A stretch of DNA of 40,161 nt, taken from contig ONXO01000035.1 in NCBI GenBank assembly GCA_900321795.1, positions 1-40,161 on the forward strand. The letters run 5' to 3'. Positions 1 to 9,606 of this stretch are shown in pieces. Every line of letters starts with the position of its first letter. Within the stretch, counting starts at the first letter, position 1. The translations under genes were made by a program, and so were the position numbers. The DNA comes from an uncultured Eubacteriales bacterium. Its GTDB lineage: Bacteria > Bacillota_I > Bacilli_A > RF39 > UBA660. The notes under the pieces were generated by a model. It was not told the DNA's origin and ran no database searches. It saw only the letters and a list, made by a program, of their open reading frames with translations.

Positions 1-72
1 TATGCATCTCAGCAATATGTGAGTATGGACTTTCCTCTACATAATAATATGCAGCGTTTACCTAAGATATTT
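1..72 (-). ncRNA. rnpB: RNase P RNA (class B), 5' portion; runs off the left edge of the window
   Basis: Minus strand reads GGTAAACGCTGCATATTATTATGTAGAGGAAAGTCCATACTCACATATTGCTGAGATGCATA. It contains the universal P4 strand GAGGAAAGUCC followed by GCUGAGAUGC, colinear with the B. subtilis rnpB 5' region as I recall it. The 5' end is placed approximately. Confidence 0.75.
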
Positions 73-78
73 TACTCT

Positions 79-393
79 TTATTCTTCTCCATAAACTATT
101 TTTTCAAGTTCTCCAAGTCTTCTTAAAATGTCTACATTAGTTACCCCTTTGTTATTTTCTGCAACGCTTAAAGTAGATTTAAGATTTCTAACTTCTGCTT
201 TTAACTTAGCATTTTCGTTCATTAAGTTTTTAAGTTCTACTTCATATCTAGATAGTAATTTTTCATATTCAGTGTAATCACTAATTATTACATCTAAAAA
301 CTTGTCAACTTCTTGAGGTCTATACCCTCTAGCATCAATTTTAAACTCTTTTTCAAGTATATCTTTTGTTGTTAGTGATATTTTATCTTCCAT
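79..393 (-). CDS. gpsB: Cell-cycle protein GpsB (DivIVA-domain protein)
   Basis: 104 aa. N-terminal DivIVA motif (KEFKIDARGYRPQEVDKFLD), a coiled coil, and a GpsB-type C-terminus (NVDILRRLGELEKIVYG). Sits directly upstream of rnpB, as I recall for Bacillus. Confidence 0.8.
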   Translation of the reverse strand: MEDKISLTTKDILEKEFKIDARGYRPQEVDKFLDVIISDYTEYEKLLSRYEVELKNLMNENAKLKAEVRNLKSTLSVAENNKGVTNVDILRRLGELEKIVYGEE

Positions 394-633
394 AACTTAC
401 TGACCTCTTTTCAATTATAATTGTACAATGATTAGCACCTTTTGTCAAATTAAATATAACAAAAAGAAACCTTATTCTTTAAAGTTTCTTTTTGTTTCTA
501 AAATATTCATTGTTACTTCATCAATTAACGAGTCAAATACTTCTTTTAGTTTTTCGTCCATAACATCACCTATTAACACTATACTAGATATTTGTAATAA
601 GTTCATTAGTTTCGACATAACTAGATAATTATT

Positions 634-1356
634 TTAATTAAGTCTTTCAATTAACCAAGATGTATCCTCTTTTTTAGTTTCTTCGAAAGTTAATTTATAA
701 TTTACTTCTTCAAATTTGCTATTGTTTATAAAGTTATATAGTTCTGTTAATTCAAGTAGCATATATTCTATCTTATTGTTTTTACTATATATTTTAAGGT
801 TTATTTCCTGCTTATCGAGAGTTATATAATTAGTATTATTGATATTATTATATAATTTTAATACATCTCTGATATCAAAAGTTAATTCTAATACTTTATT
901 ATCATTAAGTGAATATTCTTTATTTACTGAATCTAGTTTTATTAAAGATTTAAAGTTATTTAAATCAATAAATGTTTTATCGTAGTCAAAATAACTGAAA
1001 TCATAAAGTCTAGATATTCTGTCTTCATTATAAGTGTAATAGTTATCATTATATTCTATAAAGTTTATGCTTTCTTGGTGATATTTTTTATTACCTACTA
1101 GAATATTATCTTTCTTTTCATATTCAATTGTCTGTGCATCATCATCTAGTGTTATATAAACTTTAGATTTATAATATTTACTATTAATCTTTTCTATAGT
1201 AGAAAGTATTGTCTCTTCCTTTGGTGTATTCATATCACTATTATTTACATTAGTATTTACACTTCCACCAGAAAGCTTTAAGACAATGATTAGAACTACT
1301 AAAGCACCAAAATACAATCCCAGTTTTATTAAATTTTTCCTATTATCTTCCATCAC
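634..1356 (-). CDS. Hypothetical membrane-anchored protein (one N-terminal TM, N/K/Y-rich ectodomain)
   Basis: 240-aa ORF. Its start overlaps the fmt stop by 4 nt (ATGA), suggesting co-translation. No recognisable family. Confidence 0.6.
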   Translation of the reverse strand: MMEDNRKNLIKLGLYFGALVVLIIVLKLSGGSVNTNVNNSDMNTPKEETILSTIEKINSKYYKSKVYITLDDDAQTIEYEKKDNILVGNKKYHQESINFIEYNDNYYTYNEDRISRLYDFSYFDYDKTFIDLNNFKSLIKLDSVNKEYSLNDNKVLELTFDIRDVLKLYNNINNTNYITLDKQEINLKIYSKNNKIEYMLLELTELYNFINNSKFEEVNYKLTFEETKKEDTSWLIERLN

Positions 1357-2282
1357 ATAAACCTCTTACCTATCAAATTACCTTTATAGCCATTTAAGAA
1401 ATCACGAGCAGTCATTTCTTTTTTACCACTAGGTTTTAATCTAGTGATTTCTATAGATTTATCTAGACATTTTACAACAATGCCTTCTTTTGTTATTTCA
1501 GTTATTTCGCCAGCTATTCCTTTAGTGCTTTCAGTCATTTTACTTTCTGTTATCTTTATTATTTCTTCTTCTAAAGTGGTAAAAGCCACTGGAAAAGGAT
1601 ATAGTCCTCTTATTTGATTAAATACTTCTTTTGATGTTTTATTAAAATCTATTTTTTCTTCTTCTCTAGAAACATTATATGCATATGTTACTTTACTTTC
1701 ATCTTGTTTTATCCTTTCGTTAGTCCCTTCAAATATACTAGGTAGCGTTTCCATAAGTAATTTAGCCCCAATTAAGCTAAGTCTATCATGAATAGTACCT
1801 ACATTATCAGTATCTAATATTTTGGTAGATTCCTGAGCAATTATATCTCCACTATCCATCTTTTCATCCATATACATTATTGTAATTCCAGTTTCTTCTT
1901 CACCATATATAATGGCTTTATGAAGAGGCGCTCCTCCTCTTAATTTTGGAAGAAGTGAAGCGTGTACGTTTATACATCCATATTTAGGATTATCTAAAAT
2001 AGCTTTTGGAATAATTTGTCCATAAGCACACGTAATTATGATATCAGCATTTGCATTTATTACTTTATCATAGTCTTTTCTTATCTTTTCTGGTTGAAAC
2101 ACTTCAATGCCATTATCTAATGCAACTTTTTTTATAGGTGTTGTTTCTAAAGTCTGGTGTCTTCCTACTAATTTATCAGGCTGAGAAACAACAAGCACTA
2201 CATTTGTTTCTTTTATTAAACTTTCAAGTACTGGAACAGCAAATTCTGGAGTTCCCATAAATACTACTCTTTTATCTTTCAT
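1353..2282 (-). CDS. fmt: Methionyl-tRNA formyltransferase
   Basis: 309 aa. N-terminus VVFMGTPEFAVPVLESL, a HASLLPKLRGGAPL motif, and a C-terminal Fmt domain. Confidence 0.95.
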   Translation of the reverse strand: MKDKRVVFMGTPEFAVPVLESLIKETNVVLVVSQPDKLVGRHQTLETTPIKKVALDNGIEVFQPEKIRKDYDKVINANADIIITCAYGQIIPKAILDNPKYGCINVHASLLPKLRGGAPLHKAIIYGEEETGITIMYMDEKMDSGDIIAQESTKILDTDNVGTIHDRLSLIGAKLLMETLPSIFEGTNERIKQDESKVTYAYNVSREEEKIDFNKTSKEVFNQIRGLYPFPVAFTTLEEEIIKITESKMTESTKGIAGEITEITKEGIVVKCLDKSIEITRLKPSGKKEMTARDFLNGYKGNLIGKRFM

Positions 2283-2360
2283 AATATTTCCTTTCTTTAT
2301 CTAAAACTATTCATTCAATATATATGTATAACACTTTTGCCTTCTTGTAGTAATATTATA

Positions 2361-2392
2361 CAAAAAAAGTAGAGATTTTACTAGTCTCTACT
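2361..2392 (-). terminator. Intrinsic terminator after the 84-aa gene
   Basis: 8-bp stem AGTAGAGA/TCTCTACT (2368-2375 and 2385-2392) with a 9-nt loop, followed on the minus strand by a T7 run. The 5' arm overlaps the last codons. Confidence 0.7.
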
Positions 2393-2635
2393 CTTAAATG
2401 GATGTCTTATTTTTTCTTTAATTTCAGTAGTTATTATTTCAGCAGCAGCATTATAAATAATATCAGCTTCTTGTTCAGTTTTTCCTAATTTACTTACTAA
2501 TTCATTTATAATCTTATCTTTGTTTTTTCTACTTATTATAAAGTTATCTTCTAAGATAGTATTAATGTTTTCAGCTTCTGTATTAGAAATATTTAACTTT
2601 TCAGAAAGGGCTTTCAGAAAACCTTTTTTATTCAT
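2381..2635 (-). CDS. Small hypothetical protein with an HU/IHF-like N-terminal helix pattern
   Basis: 84 aa. MNKKGFLKALSEKLNISNTEAENINTILED resembles the first helices of HU-fold proteins. Overlaps the upstream gene by 8 nt. Confidence 0.5.
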   Translation of the reverse strand: MNKKGFLKALSEKLNISNTEAENINTILEDNFIISRKNKDKIINELVSKLGKTEQEADIIYNAAAEIITTEIKEKIRHPFKSRD

Positions 2636-3533
2636 TTACTTCTCCATACATTTTAGCATTAGTTTTTTCTTGTAATTTATATCCATATTCAAATACATAT
2701 CCCATTACAAATAATACTAATATTTCTAATAGATAAGCAAGTCCACTTCCTGTGCTAATGTCGGTTCCTGTTATTAATTGAAATAATAATTCTACTACAA
2801 TTGGTACTGCTAGGCATCCAATTAACATGTAAGCAGCTTTATTAATATAATTAACGTTTTCCATAGTAAATGGAGAATCTTTATAACTTATATTTTTAAA
2901 TAGTTTATGTAAACTATGAAGAGCAAGTGCTAGGAATACAAGTGATGCCGCAGTCGTTAAACAAGCTCCTTCTGCATAAGTTACCACTTTTGTTATATCC
3001 GCATTTTTAAGAACTTCTTTTACTGCTTCTCCTTCAGCTTTAGTTAACTCGGCTACTTTTTCATCTCTTACTTTAATTTTATAATTGCCATCTTCTTCTA
3101 CTAATATAATTCTAGATTCTTTATTATTTTTTAATCCTATACTGTTATCAGTTACATCTATTTTGCTAGATAATAATGGTAAGAATATCATAGCTAATGA
3201 TAGACCAACTATTCCAATATATGCACATACCTCTACTATTTTAGCAATAATATAAACCGCTTTGCTAAACCCTCTTGTGCATTTCTGTTTATCTTTAGAA
3301 AGTAGTGCTTTAACTTCTTTAGGTTTATCAAGAGGTTCCACTTTTTCCATTTTAACTTCTTCTGTAACTGATACAGGCATTACTTTTACTGATGACTTTT
3401 TAGCAGTAGCTTTTACAGTTTCTTTCTTAATAGCTTCCTTTTTAGGTGTTTCTTTCTTTACAGTCTTATTCTTAGTTCCTTTTTTAGATTTTACTTCTTT
3501 TTTAGTAGTTTTAACATTCTTTTCTTTTTCCAT
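2628..3533 (-). CDS. Membrane protein with a lysine-rich (histone-H1-like) N-terminal tail and about 4 TM segments
   Basis: 301 aa. The first ~60 residues are K/T/E/V low-complexity (KKEVKSKKGTKNKTVKKETPKKEAIKKE), followed by hydrophobic segments. No confident family assignment. Confidence 0.6.
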   Translation of the reverse strand: MEKEKNVKTTKKEVKSKKGTKNKTVKKETPKKEAIKKETVKATAKKSSVKVMPVSVTEEVKMEKVEPLDKPKEVKALLSKDKQKCTRGFSKAVYIIAKIVEVCAYIGIVGLSLAMIFLPLLSSKIDVTDNSIGLKNNKESRIILVEEDGNYKIKVRDEKVAELTKAEGEAVKEVLKNADITKVVTYAEGACLTTAASLVFLALALHSLHKLFKNISYKDSPFTMENVNYINKAAYMLIGCLAVPIVVELLFQLITGTDISTGSGLAYLLEILVLFVMGYVFEYGYKLQEKTNAKMYGEVNE

Positions 3534-3584
3534 TTTAATATCCTCCTTTTATTAATTAATTTATTTATATTACATTTTAACGCT

Positions 3585-4340
3585 TTACGATAAATCTAGG
3601 TCTATTCCAACTGGGCAGTGATCGCTTCCCATTACTTCATCATATATATAAGTATTCTTTACTTTGTCTATTATATCTTTTGATACTACAAAATAGTCTA
3701 TTCTCCAGCCTATTCCCTTACTTCTTGCATTTGTTATATAACTCCACCAAGTATATTTAATCTCTTCAGGATGATAAAATCTATAAGTATCTATAAATCC
3801 AAAATTTAAAAGCTCAGTAAATTTTTCTCTTTCTTCATAAGTGAAGCCTGCATTACCTATATTTGCTTTTGCGTTTTTTATATCTATTTCATTATGCGCT
3901 ACATTTAAGTCACCGCATACTACTACTGGTTTGTTGTTTTCTAAAGTCTTTAAATAAGTTCTAAAATCATCTTCCCATTTCATTCTATATGGAAGTCTAG
4001 ACAAATCACCTTTTGCATTCGGAACATAGACAGCTATTAAATAAAATTCATTAAACTCTAAAGTAATGACCCTTCCTTCATGATCATGTTCATCTATTCC
4101 CATTCCAAAACTAACACTTATTGGCTTTACTCTTGAATAAACTAATGTACCAGAGTATCCCTTTTTTTCAGCTGGATTTAGAAATATTTCATAGCCTTCA
4201 GGTTTAAATTCGAGCTGCTCCATAGTCAGCTTTGATTCTTCTATGCAAAATACATCAGCATTTACTTCGTTAAAGAATTCTCCAAAGCCCTTTTTAAGGC
4301 AAGCACGAAATCCAGCAACATTCCAAGATATCAACTTCAT
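3585..4340 (-). CDS. xth: Exodeoxyribonuclease III (AP endonuclease, EEP family)
   Basis: 251 aa. MKLISWNVAGFRA start, a CGDLNVAH motif, and a C-terminal SDHCPV. Confidence 0.9.
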   Translation of the reverse strand: MKLISWNVAGFRACLKKGFGEFFNEVNADVFCIEESKLTMEQLEFKPEGYEIFLNPAEKKGYSGTLVYSRVKPISVSFGMGIDEHDHEGRVITLEFNEFYLIAVYVPNAKGDLSRLPYRMKWEDDFRTYLKTLENNKPVVVCGDLNVAHNEIDIKNAKANIGNAGFTYEEREKFTELLNFGFIDTYRFYHPEEIKYTWWSYITNARSKGIGWRIDYFVVSKDIIDKVKNTYIYDEVMGSDHCPVGIDLDLS

Positions 4341-4409
4341 ACTTCTTACTCCTCATTTTATATTAATATAGTATCACAAAGTTGTAAAAAGCACAATAAA
4401 AGAACGTAT

Positions 4410-5093
4410 TTAATTAATAAAATACTCACTTCCATTATCAATGATTGTAGCGTTTAATTCGCCTTGGCTAACATAAACCACATAAGAATAAACTAATTTT
4501 TTAGCATTATAATAATATATATATTTAGTTCTTTCTTCAACTAATTTTTCATCTTTTTTAAAATTTAATTTTTCTTGAACATGTGTATCTTTAAAAGTTT
4601 TTAGCCTTTTTAGTAGATTTTCTTCATTTACCACTTCGTCTAGGCATTTGTAATAAACCTCATTAGAAAAGCCTTCATCAAAATAGAAAATTATAACTTT
4701 ATTAGTATCAATCTCTTTAATGGTATATATAAACTCTAGCATTCCAACAGTCTCATTTTCATTATAAAAATGTATTAAATATTTCCACTTATTATCTATA
4801 TCTATTTTTAAATTATCTCTAATATAATCTATAAAAACTTTCAATTCTTTTTCATTTTCATATATTTTATAACTAGTTTCTTTTAAGGAAGGGAGTTTTA
4901 TAAATATACTATTTTTATTAATAATATTATCTTTTTCTAAGTCTTCATTTATAAAGTGATTTAACTTTAGTGTTATTTTTTCATTTTCTTCTTTCCCATT
5001 TATTTCTGTTGTATTATTTATCGTAAATAACAAAGTAGTCATTATTAACAATACAACTACTAATATATATATTACAATTTTTTTCATAAACAC
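4410..5093 (-). CDS. Hypothetical membrane-anchored protein
   Basis: 227-aa ORF with an N-terminal TM segment. No recognisable domain. Confidence 0.55.
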   Translation of the reverse strand: MFMKKIVIYILVVVLLIMTTLLFTINNTTEINGKEENEKITLKLNHFINEDLEKDNIINKNSIFIKLPSLKETSYKIYENEKELKVFIDYIRDNLKIDIDNKWKYLIHFYNENETVGMLEFIYTIKEIDTNKVIIFYFDEGFSNEVYYKCLDEVVNEENLLKRLKTFKDTHVQEKLNFKKDEKLVEERTKYIYYYNAKKLVYSYVVYVSQGELNATIIDNGSEYFIN

Positions 5094-5098
5094 TTCCT

Positions 5099-6448
5099 TT
5101 AATTCTTTTCTTTATAATAATTAATGTTATATTTATCTAATTCTTTAATAGTTATCTTGTTATTATTAATTGCATCAACTACTTTTTCTGTAGTTCCATC
5201 CTCATATTTTACAATTACATAATCACTTTTAATACAACTAAAATAATACGTGTAATCATTATCTGTATAAAATTTTTCAAGTGCAGTGTCACAAGTTAGA
5301 TTGTTAGTAACTGTCTCGTCCACTATTTCTAAAATGTTATCACTTACTTCATTGTTTATTCCATTTTTTATATCAATTACGACGTATTCGGCTTTTGCAT
5401 CAGTTTTAAACTTAACAGCCCAGTCGCCAATTCCAGAACTTACTATAAATGTAGTGTTGCTTCTCTTTTCTATTCCATAAACTTTATCATTTTCTTTAAG
5501 TAATAAACTTATTGGCCCTAGTGGGAAAAGTTGACCGCCATGTGTGTGTCCGGATATTACTATATCCATCCCTGAAGCTGCTTCGTTATCATAATCATTT
5601 GGTTCATGGTCTAGAGCAATTACATATTTATTTTTATCAATGTCTTTCATTAAATCCTGAGCAGTCACTCTGTTTTTCTCACCTTTATCTTGTCTACCAA
5701 GAAGCACTACATTGCCAATTAAAGAAATGTATTCATCTTCCAAAATAATAACATTATTTTTAGCTAGTTCTTCTCTTATCTCTTTATCACCATATTCTCT
5801 AAAGTCAAAGTACCCCTTGTCATGATTTCCATAGACAAAGTAAACACCATATTTAGTTTTTAACTTTCCTAAACCAGTGCATCCTTTAATCATATCTGTT
5901 AATGATGTACTGTCATCTACAAAATCTCCAGTAACTACGACTATATCAGGATTAGTTTCGTTTATTCTTTCCATATATTCTATAAACTTATCCCCATCCA
6001 TAGTAGCGCCTATATGACTATCAGTAACTTGCACTACCCTTAAGTGATCTATACCTATGTCTTTTGAAGTGACAACTTCATAATGAGTCTCTACTACATG
6101 GTGAGCCATATAATATCCATATCCTAAGTAAATACTGGTAACTATTAGACTAAATACTAAAGCATATCTTTTATTTACTTCTTTCTTAGATATTTTATTT
6201 ATTAAATAAATTAATAATTCACCTAATAATATAAATAAGAATATATGAATATAAACAACAGTAGCATTAACTGTATTTACTCTTAAACCTTTTATTATTA
6301 ATAAAATAGGGACTAAAGATATTAGCCAAGAAATAGTTTTGTGTTTCATATTCTTAATGAATAATGTATTATGAACGTACTTTGTTAAATAAATAGTTAA
6401 ACTTATAAATGTTATTAAAATGAATATTAGCAATATAATGTATCCCAT
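5099..6448 (-). CDS. Membrane-bound metallophosphoesterase (calcineurin-like, YkuE-type) with a C-terminal extension
   Basis: Motifs DSHIG, GDFVDD, GNHD and GHTHGGQ follow about 4 N-terminal TM segments. The likely start is the internal ATG at 6448 (AAGGTG, 7 nt, ATG) rather than the track start at 6469. Confidence 0.85.
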   Translation of the reverse strand: MGYIILLIFILITFISLTIYLTKYVHNTLFIKNMKHKTISWLISLVPILLIIKGLRVNTVNATVVYIHIFLFILLGELLIYLINKISKKEVNKRYALVFSLIVTSIYLGYGYYMAHHVVETHYEVVTSKDIGIDHLRVVQVTDSHIGATMDGDKFIEYMERINETNPDIVVVTGDFVDDSTSLTDMIKGCTGLGKLKTKYGVYFVYGNHDKGYFDFREYGDKEIREELAKNNVIILEDEYISLIGNVVLLGRQDKGEKNRVTAQDLMKDIDKNKYVIALDHEPNDYDNEAASGMDIVISGHTHGGQLFPLGPISLLLKENDKVYGIEKRSNTTFIVSSGIGDWAVKFKTDAKAEYVVIDIKNGINNEVSDNILEIVDETVTNNLTCDTALEKFYTDNDYTYYFSCIKSDYVIVKYEDGTTEKVVDAINNNKITIKELDKYNINYYKEKN

Positions 6449-6519
6449 TTTTTTACACCTTACTTTCATTATTATTCTACCATGATTTAGTAAAATAAAA
6501 CAGGTCTAAGCCTGAATTA

Positions 6520-7110
6520 TTAATTAGATTCTTTTTTCACTATATCTTTTGATAAATACCACATAACTAATGATCCTATGAAATTGCCGAGTATACATAT
6601 TAATAAAGACCAGTGAAATGTTCTAGCAACTCCAAGTGTTATTACATTAGCTATGCAGTGTTGAAATGAGCAAAATATAAATAATGGTATTCCATATATT
6701 ATCCCTAGTGGTGTACCTTTCTTGTACATATAAACAGCTATGTACATTATTACTCCACATAGAATAGATTTGATAAAGAAAGAAAGATTTGTGTTCCAAG
6801 TAGCAACCTTAGCTATTGCATTAGCCATAACTTCTTTATCAGCTACAGAAAAAGCAAGCCCAATAACATAACCAGCTAATAGATTAACAACTAGTATTAT
6901 TAATAAATCTAATATTTTAATTTTATCAGCAAATAAAAAACCGCATTTACCTGTAAATAGATTTAATCCCATATAGCAAACTCCTAAAAGACCTAAAGCA
7001 AATATAACTGGTCCCATAGGGTTTCCAAGTTTAAGTAAAGCAAAATTTCCAAGTCCAATTAAAAGTGATGCTCCAATCGCTTTGTTAACAAGTTCTAAAT
7101 ATTTCTTCAT
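6520..7110 (-). CDS. Small polytopic membrane protein, formate/nitrite-transporter-like
   Basis: 196 aa with about 6 TM segments. The GLNLFTGKCGF segment resembles the FNT L-F-T-G motif. Assigned from memory of short FNT-family proteins. Confidence 0.5.
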   Translation of the reverse strand: MKKYLELVNKAIGASLLIGLGNFALLKLGNPMGPVIFALGLLGVCYMGLNLFTGKCGFLFADKIKILDLLIILVVNLLAGYVIGLAFSVADKEVMANAIAKVATWNTNLSFFIKSILCGVIMYIAVYMYKKGTPLGIIYGIPLFIFCSFQHCIANVITLGVARTFHWSLLICILGNFIGSLVMWYLSKDIVKKESN

Positions 7111-7135
7111 TATTATACCTCCCTATCTAAATTAT

Positions 7136-7174
7136 ACAAAATAAAAAGTAAATAGTAAAACAATATTTACTTTT
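7136..7174 (-). terminator. Intrinsic terminator after the XRE-VanZ gene
   Basis: Perfect 11-bp stem AAAAGTAAATA/TATTTACTTTT (7144-7154 and 7164-7174), followed by a T-rich tract on the minus strand. Confidence 0.7.
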
Positions 7175-7226
7175 TATTTGCTTTATTACTTCAATAATAC
7201 TATCACTTACTAATGTTATTTCATTT

Positions 7227-8330
7227 TTATAGCTCAGATTTTTTTGTGTTCGATATTTTTTTCATTTTTTTTACGAATTTATATGCTGAATAAATAATAA
7301 CTTCTAATGAAGTAAACACAAATAATAATCTAAGGAATACTCTAATAGTCGGTATATGTGGGAAGTGATACCAACTAAGCATTTCAAATGATATATATGT
7401 GATAGATAGTGAAATAAAAGATATAATTATTTTGTCTTTATGATTATATAGGAATCTATATTTCTTTGTTATTATTAAATATATTAAAGACATGCCTAAT
7501 ATATTTAAAATTATATCATCTATGTCAAATACACCTGAATGGCTTATTAATTGTATAGTTTCTATAAGTAAAGCTAATAAAGTATCCATTAATAAACTAG
7601 TTTTATACTTATTTATGTTAAATATTCTCATTAATAAAAACTGAACAGGCATTAAGACTAATATGTTGCCTATAATATTTACTATTATGTTATGAACATC
7701 TAGGTAAGCTATATAACCTAAGATAGTTTTAAAAGGGATTAGGTTATAAGCGTTATATCCAGTTAGCACTCTACCAAATATGGTTAAATTAAATAGCATA
7801 ATTAGATAAATTATCAAAACCATAATATATGAAACTTTATTCATTCTTTCTCTTTCTTCAAGCTTATCAAAGTAGTAATTTGCAATTAGTCTGTTTGTAA
7901 GAAATATTGAAGTAATAAAAAATGAATTGTAAATTATTTCTGCCAGATATGATATATGTGAATTATCACTATAGTCTGTTTTTAAATACCATAAGTATAA
8001 TATTAGGAGAACTACATAAATAATAGAAGATATAGTAATTACAACTTTATTTCTTTTAGACTTAGATGCATCTATATAATTAACTATTTCTTTGAAGTTT
8101 TCTTCTTCTTTCTTATCTTCTTTTCCTTTTAATATTTCTGAAACTGAAATACCAAGTTCCTCACTTAATGGGATAAGTAGTGATATATCAGGAGTTCCTC
8201 TTCCTGTTTCCCATCTAGATATTGCTTTTTCAGTGACATTTATCCTTTTTGCTAGTTCTTCTTGAGTTAATCCTTTTTCTTTTCTTTTGGTTTTAATTAA
8301 GTTAGATATTTTGATGTAATCCATATTCAT
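7227..8330 (-). CDS. Membrane-tethered XRE-family HTH regulator fused to a VanZ-like polytopic domain
   Basis: The N-terminus has an HTH_3 pattern (KGLTQEELAKRINVTEKAISRWETGRGTPD). It is followed by about 8 TM segments including a VanZ-like stretch (IPFKTILGY...NIIGNILVLMPVQFLL). Confidence 0.7.
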   Translation of the reverse strand: MNMDYIKISNLIKTKRKEKGLTQEELAKRINVTEKAISRWETGRGTPDISLLIPLSEELGISVSEILKGKEDKKEEENFKEIVNYIDASKSKRNKVVITISSIIYVVLLILYLWYLKTDYSDNSHISYLAEIIYNSFFITSIFLTNRLIANYYFDKLEERERMNKVSYIMVLIIYLIMLFNLTIFGRVLTGYNAYNLIPFKTILGYIAYLDVHNIIVNIIGNILVLMPVQFLLMRIFNINKYKTSLLMDTLLALLIETIQLISHSGVFDIDDIILNILGMSLIYLIITKKYRFLYNHKDKIIISFISLSITYISFEMLSWYHFPHIPTIRVFLRLLFVFTSLEVIIYSAYKFVKKMKKISNTKKSEL

Positions 8331-8346
8331 CCCTCTTTCAATATCG

Positions 8347-8375
8347 ATTATATATATTTTGTCTTATAATATCAA
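8347..8375 (-). promoter_or_regulatory. Consensus sigma-A-type promoter for the XRE-VanZ gene
   Basis: The minus strand has TTGATA, a 17-nt spacer, then TATAAT (-35 at 8370-8375, -10 at 8347-8352). It lies about 17 nt upstream of the GAGGG Shine-Dalgarno and ATG. Confidence 0.65.
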
Positions 8376-8390
8376 CCTACGAATCGTAGG
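8376..8390. promoter_or_regulatory. Perfect palindrome abutting the -35; candidate operator
   Basis: CCTACGAATCGTAGG (6-3-6) lies immediately upstream of the -35 hexamer. Confidence 0.4.
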
Positions 8391-8392
8391 AT

Positions 8393-8428
8393 TATAAAAA
8401 ATTTAAGGTCACAAAGAGTGACCTTAAA
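8393..8428 (-). terminator. Hairpin terminator after the 296-aa membrane protein gene
   Basis: Stem AAGGTCAC/GTGACCTT (8405-8412 and 8418-8425), extendable by A/T pairs. A T6 run follows on the minus strand. Confidence 0.55.
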
Positions 8429-8536
8429 AAGGAAAATAAAGGTTTTAGTAATTTTGTTAATAATAGCTTATAATTATTGCAAACTTCTTGTTGTCTTTTT
8501 CTATTGATTTATATTTTAATATGATTTTGTGTTATT

Positions 8537-9412
8537 TTATTTTTTAACGATATTATTTTTTTCTTCAACAGAATAGGTATCTCTTCTAATATTAATATCA
8601 AACACCTTTTTTTCACCATTTAGTGATTCAAGCACAAATTCAGTTTTACCAGATTTCTTAAACTCTGCATGAACCATCCACGCTTCAATACTATCTTCAT
8701 ACTTTATACTTAAATCTCCATATTTGTTATCGTTTAAATAAACTTTATATGTGTCATCAAATTGATAGTTATCTCCACTTATTAATATATCTGTGCTATA
8801 TATAGGTGGATTAATAAAACATAAAACTGATATAACAGCAATTATAATTCCACTTATTATTTCACCAATTATTTTTATTTTCTTATTCTTAAATATGACT
8901 AATGGATAAATAACTAATGTTACTAAACAGAATATAGTAGTTAGTAAATGTCTTGGAAATGAGAACATTGTTTTTGATAAATATCCACCAAATTCTTCTC
9001 CTAGAAGCATTAATATCGGAGTTAATATTAATAGTCCCCACCATTTATCTTTTTTCATGTAATATCCAATAAATCCCATTGGTAAGCATCCAACTGTCCA
9101 CATAAACCAATATCTATAATAAGTTTTAAATAACATGCTACCATTAACAACATCTTGTATTAAATAAACAAGTGGCTGGCTTATCAGAAAGAATACGAAG
9201 CATTTAAGTGCTGAATCTTTAGGTGATTTACTATTCATGATTATAAAAATTCCAAATAAGATCCATACTTCAAAAGTAACACACAAATCACTAAAAGATG
9301 TATCTTTTGCTATAGGTAACATTGCCATTATTGCAGTATAGACTCCGGCAACAATCGCAAATATAATTAACTTTTTCCAAGTTAAATCAATTCCACCAAA
9401 TAATTTTTTCAT
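8537..9412 (-). CDS. Polytopic membrane protein with a C-terminal soluble domain (unknown function)
   Basis: The likely start is ATG at 9412 (GGAGG, 7 nt, ATG), which overlaps the TAA of the upstream protease remnant as TAATG. About 7 TM segments plus a ~90-aa C-terminal domain. Confidence 0.65.
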   Translation of the reverse strand: MKKLFGGIDLTWKKLIIFAIVAGVYTAIMAMLPIAKDTSFSDLCVTFEVWILFGIFIIMNSKSPKDSALKCFVFFLISQPLVYLIQDVVNGSMLFKTYYRYWFMWTVGCLPMGFIGYYMKKDKWWGLLILTPILMLLGEEFGGYLSKTMFSFPRHLLTTIFCLVTLVIYPLVIFKNKKIKIIGEIISGIIIAVISVLCFINPPIYSTDILISGDNYQFDDTYKVYLNDNKYGDLSIKYEDSIEAWMVHAEFKKSGKTEFVLESLNGEKKVFDINIRRDTYSVEEKNNIVKK

Positions 9413-9606
9413 TACTTGTTCCTCCAATCATTAATGTTATTTTGAACAATATCACAAGGAATCATATATCCAACTTTATAATGTCCCAACAATGTAAATG
9501 ATCCTGCAATATTTATACCTGCTATTTTCATATTTTCAGTTAATGCAACTCCACCACTATTACCTTGCTGCATATACGCAAAAATTGTATCCAAGAGAAA
9601 ACTCAC
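9412..9606 (-). pseudogene. C-terminal remnant of a trypsin-like (S1) serine protease
   Basis: Contains the active-site serine motif GNSGG but lacks the upstream His/Asp part. The ORF only opens at a GTG inside the module-A hairpin, and stop codons lie upstream. Confidence 0.6.

Noticed and set aside
470-618. A small minus-strand ORF (49 codons from ATG at 618, or 29 codons from an internal ATG after AGGTGA) in the gpsB upstream gap
   Set aside because: The first ATG has no Shine-Dalgarno sequence and there is no recognisable family. It ends within a terminator-like hairpin (AGAAAC/GTTTCT plus T5), so it might be real. The evidence is too thin to annotate.
9412-9606. The 64-aa ORF as an intact gene
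   Set aside because: It starts at a GTG inside the module-A hairpin and covers only the C-terminal third of a trypsin-fold protease. It is treated as a remnant.
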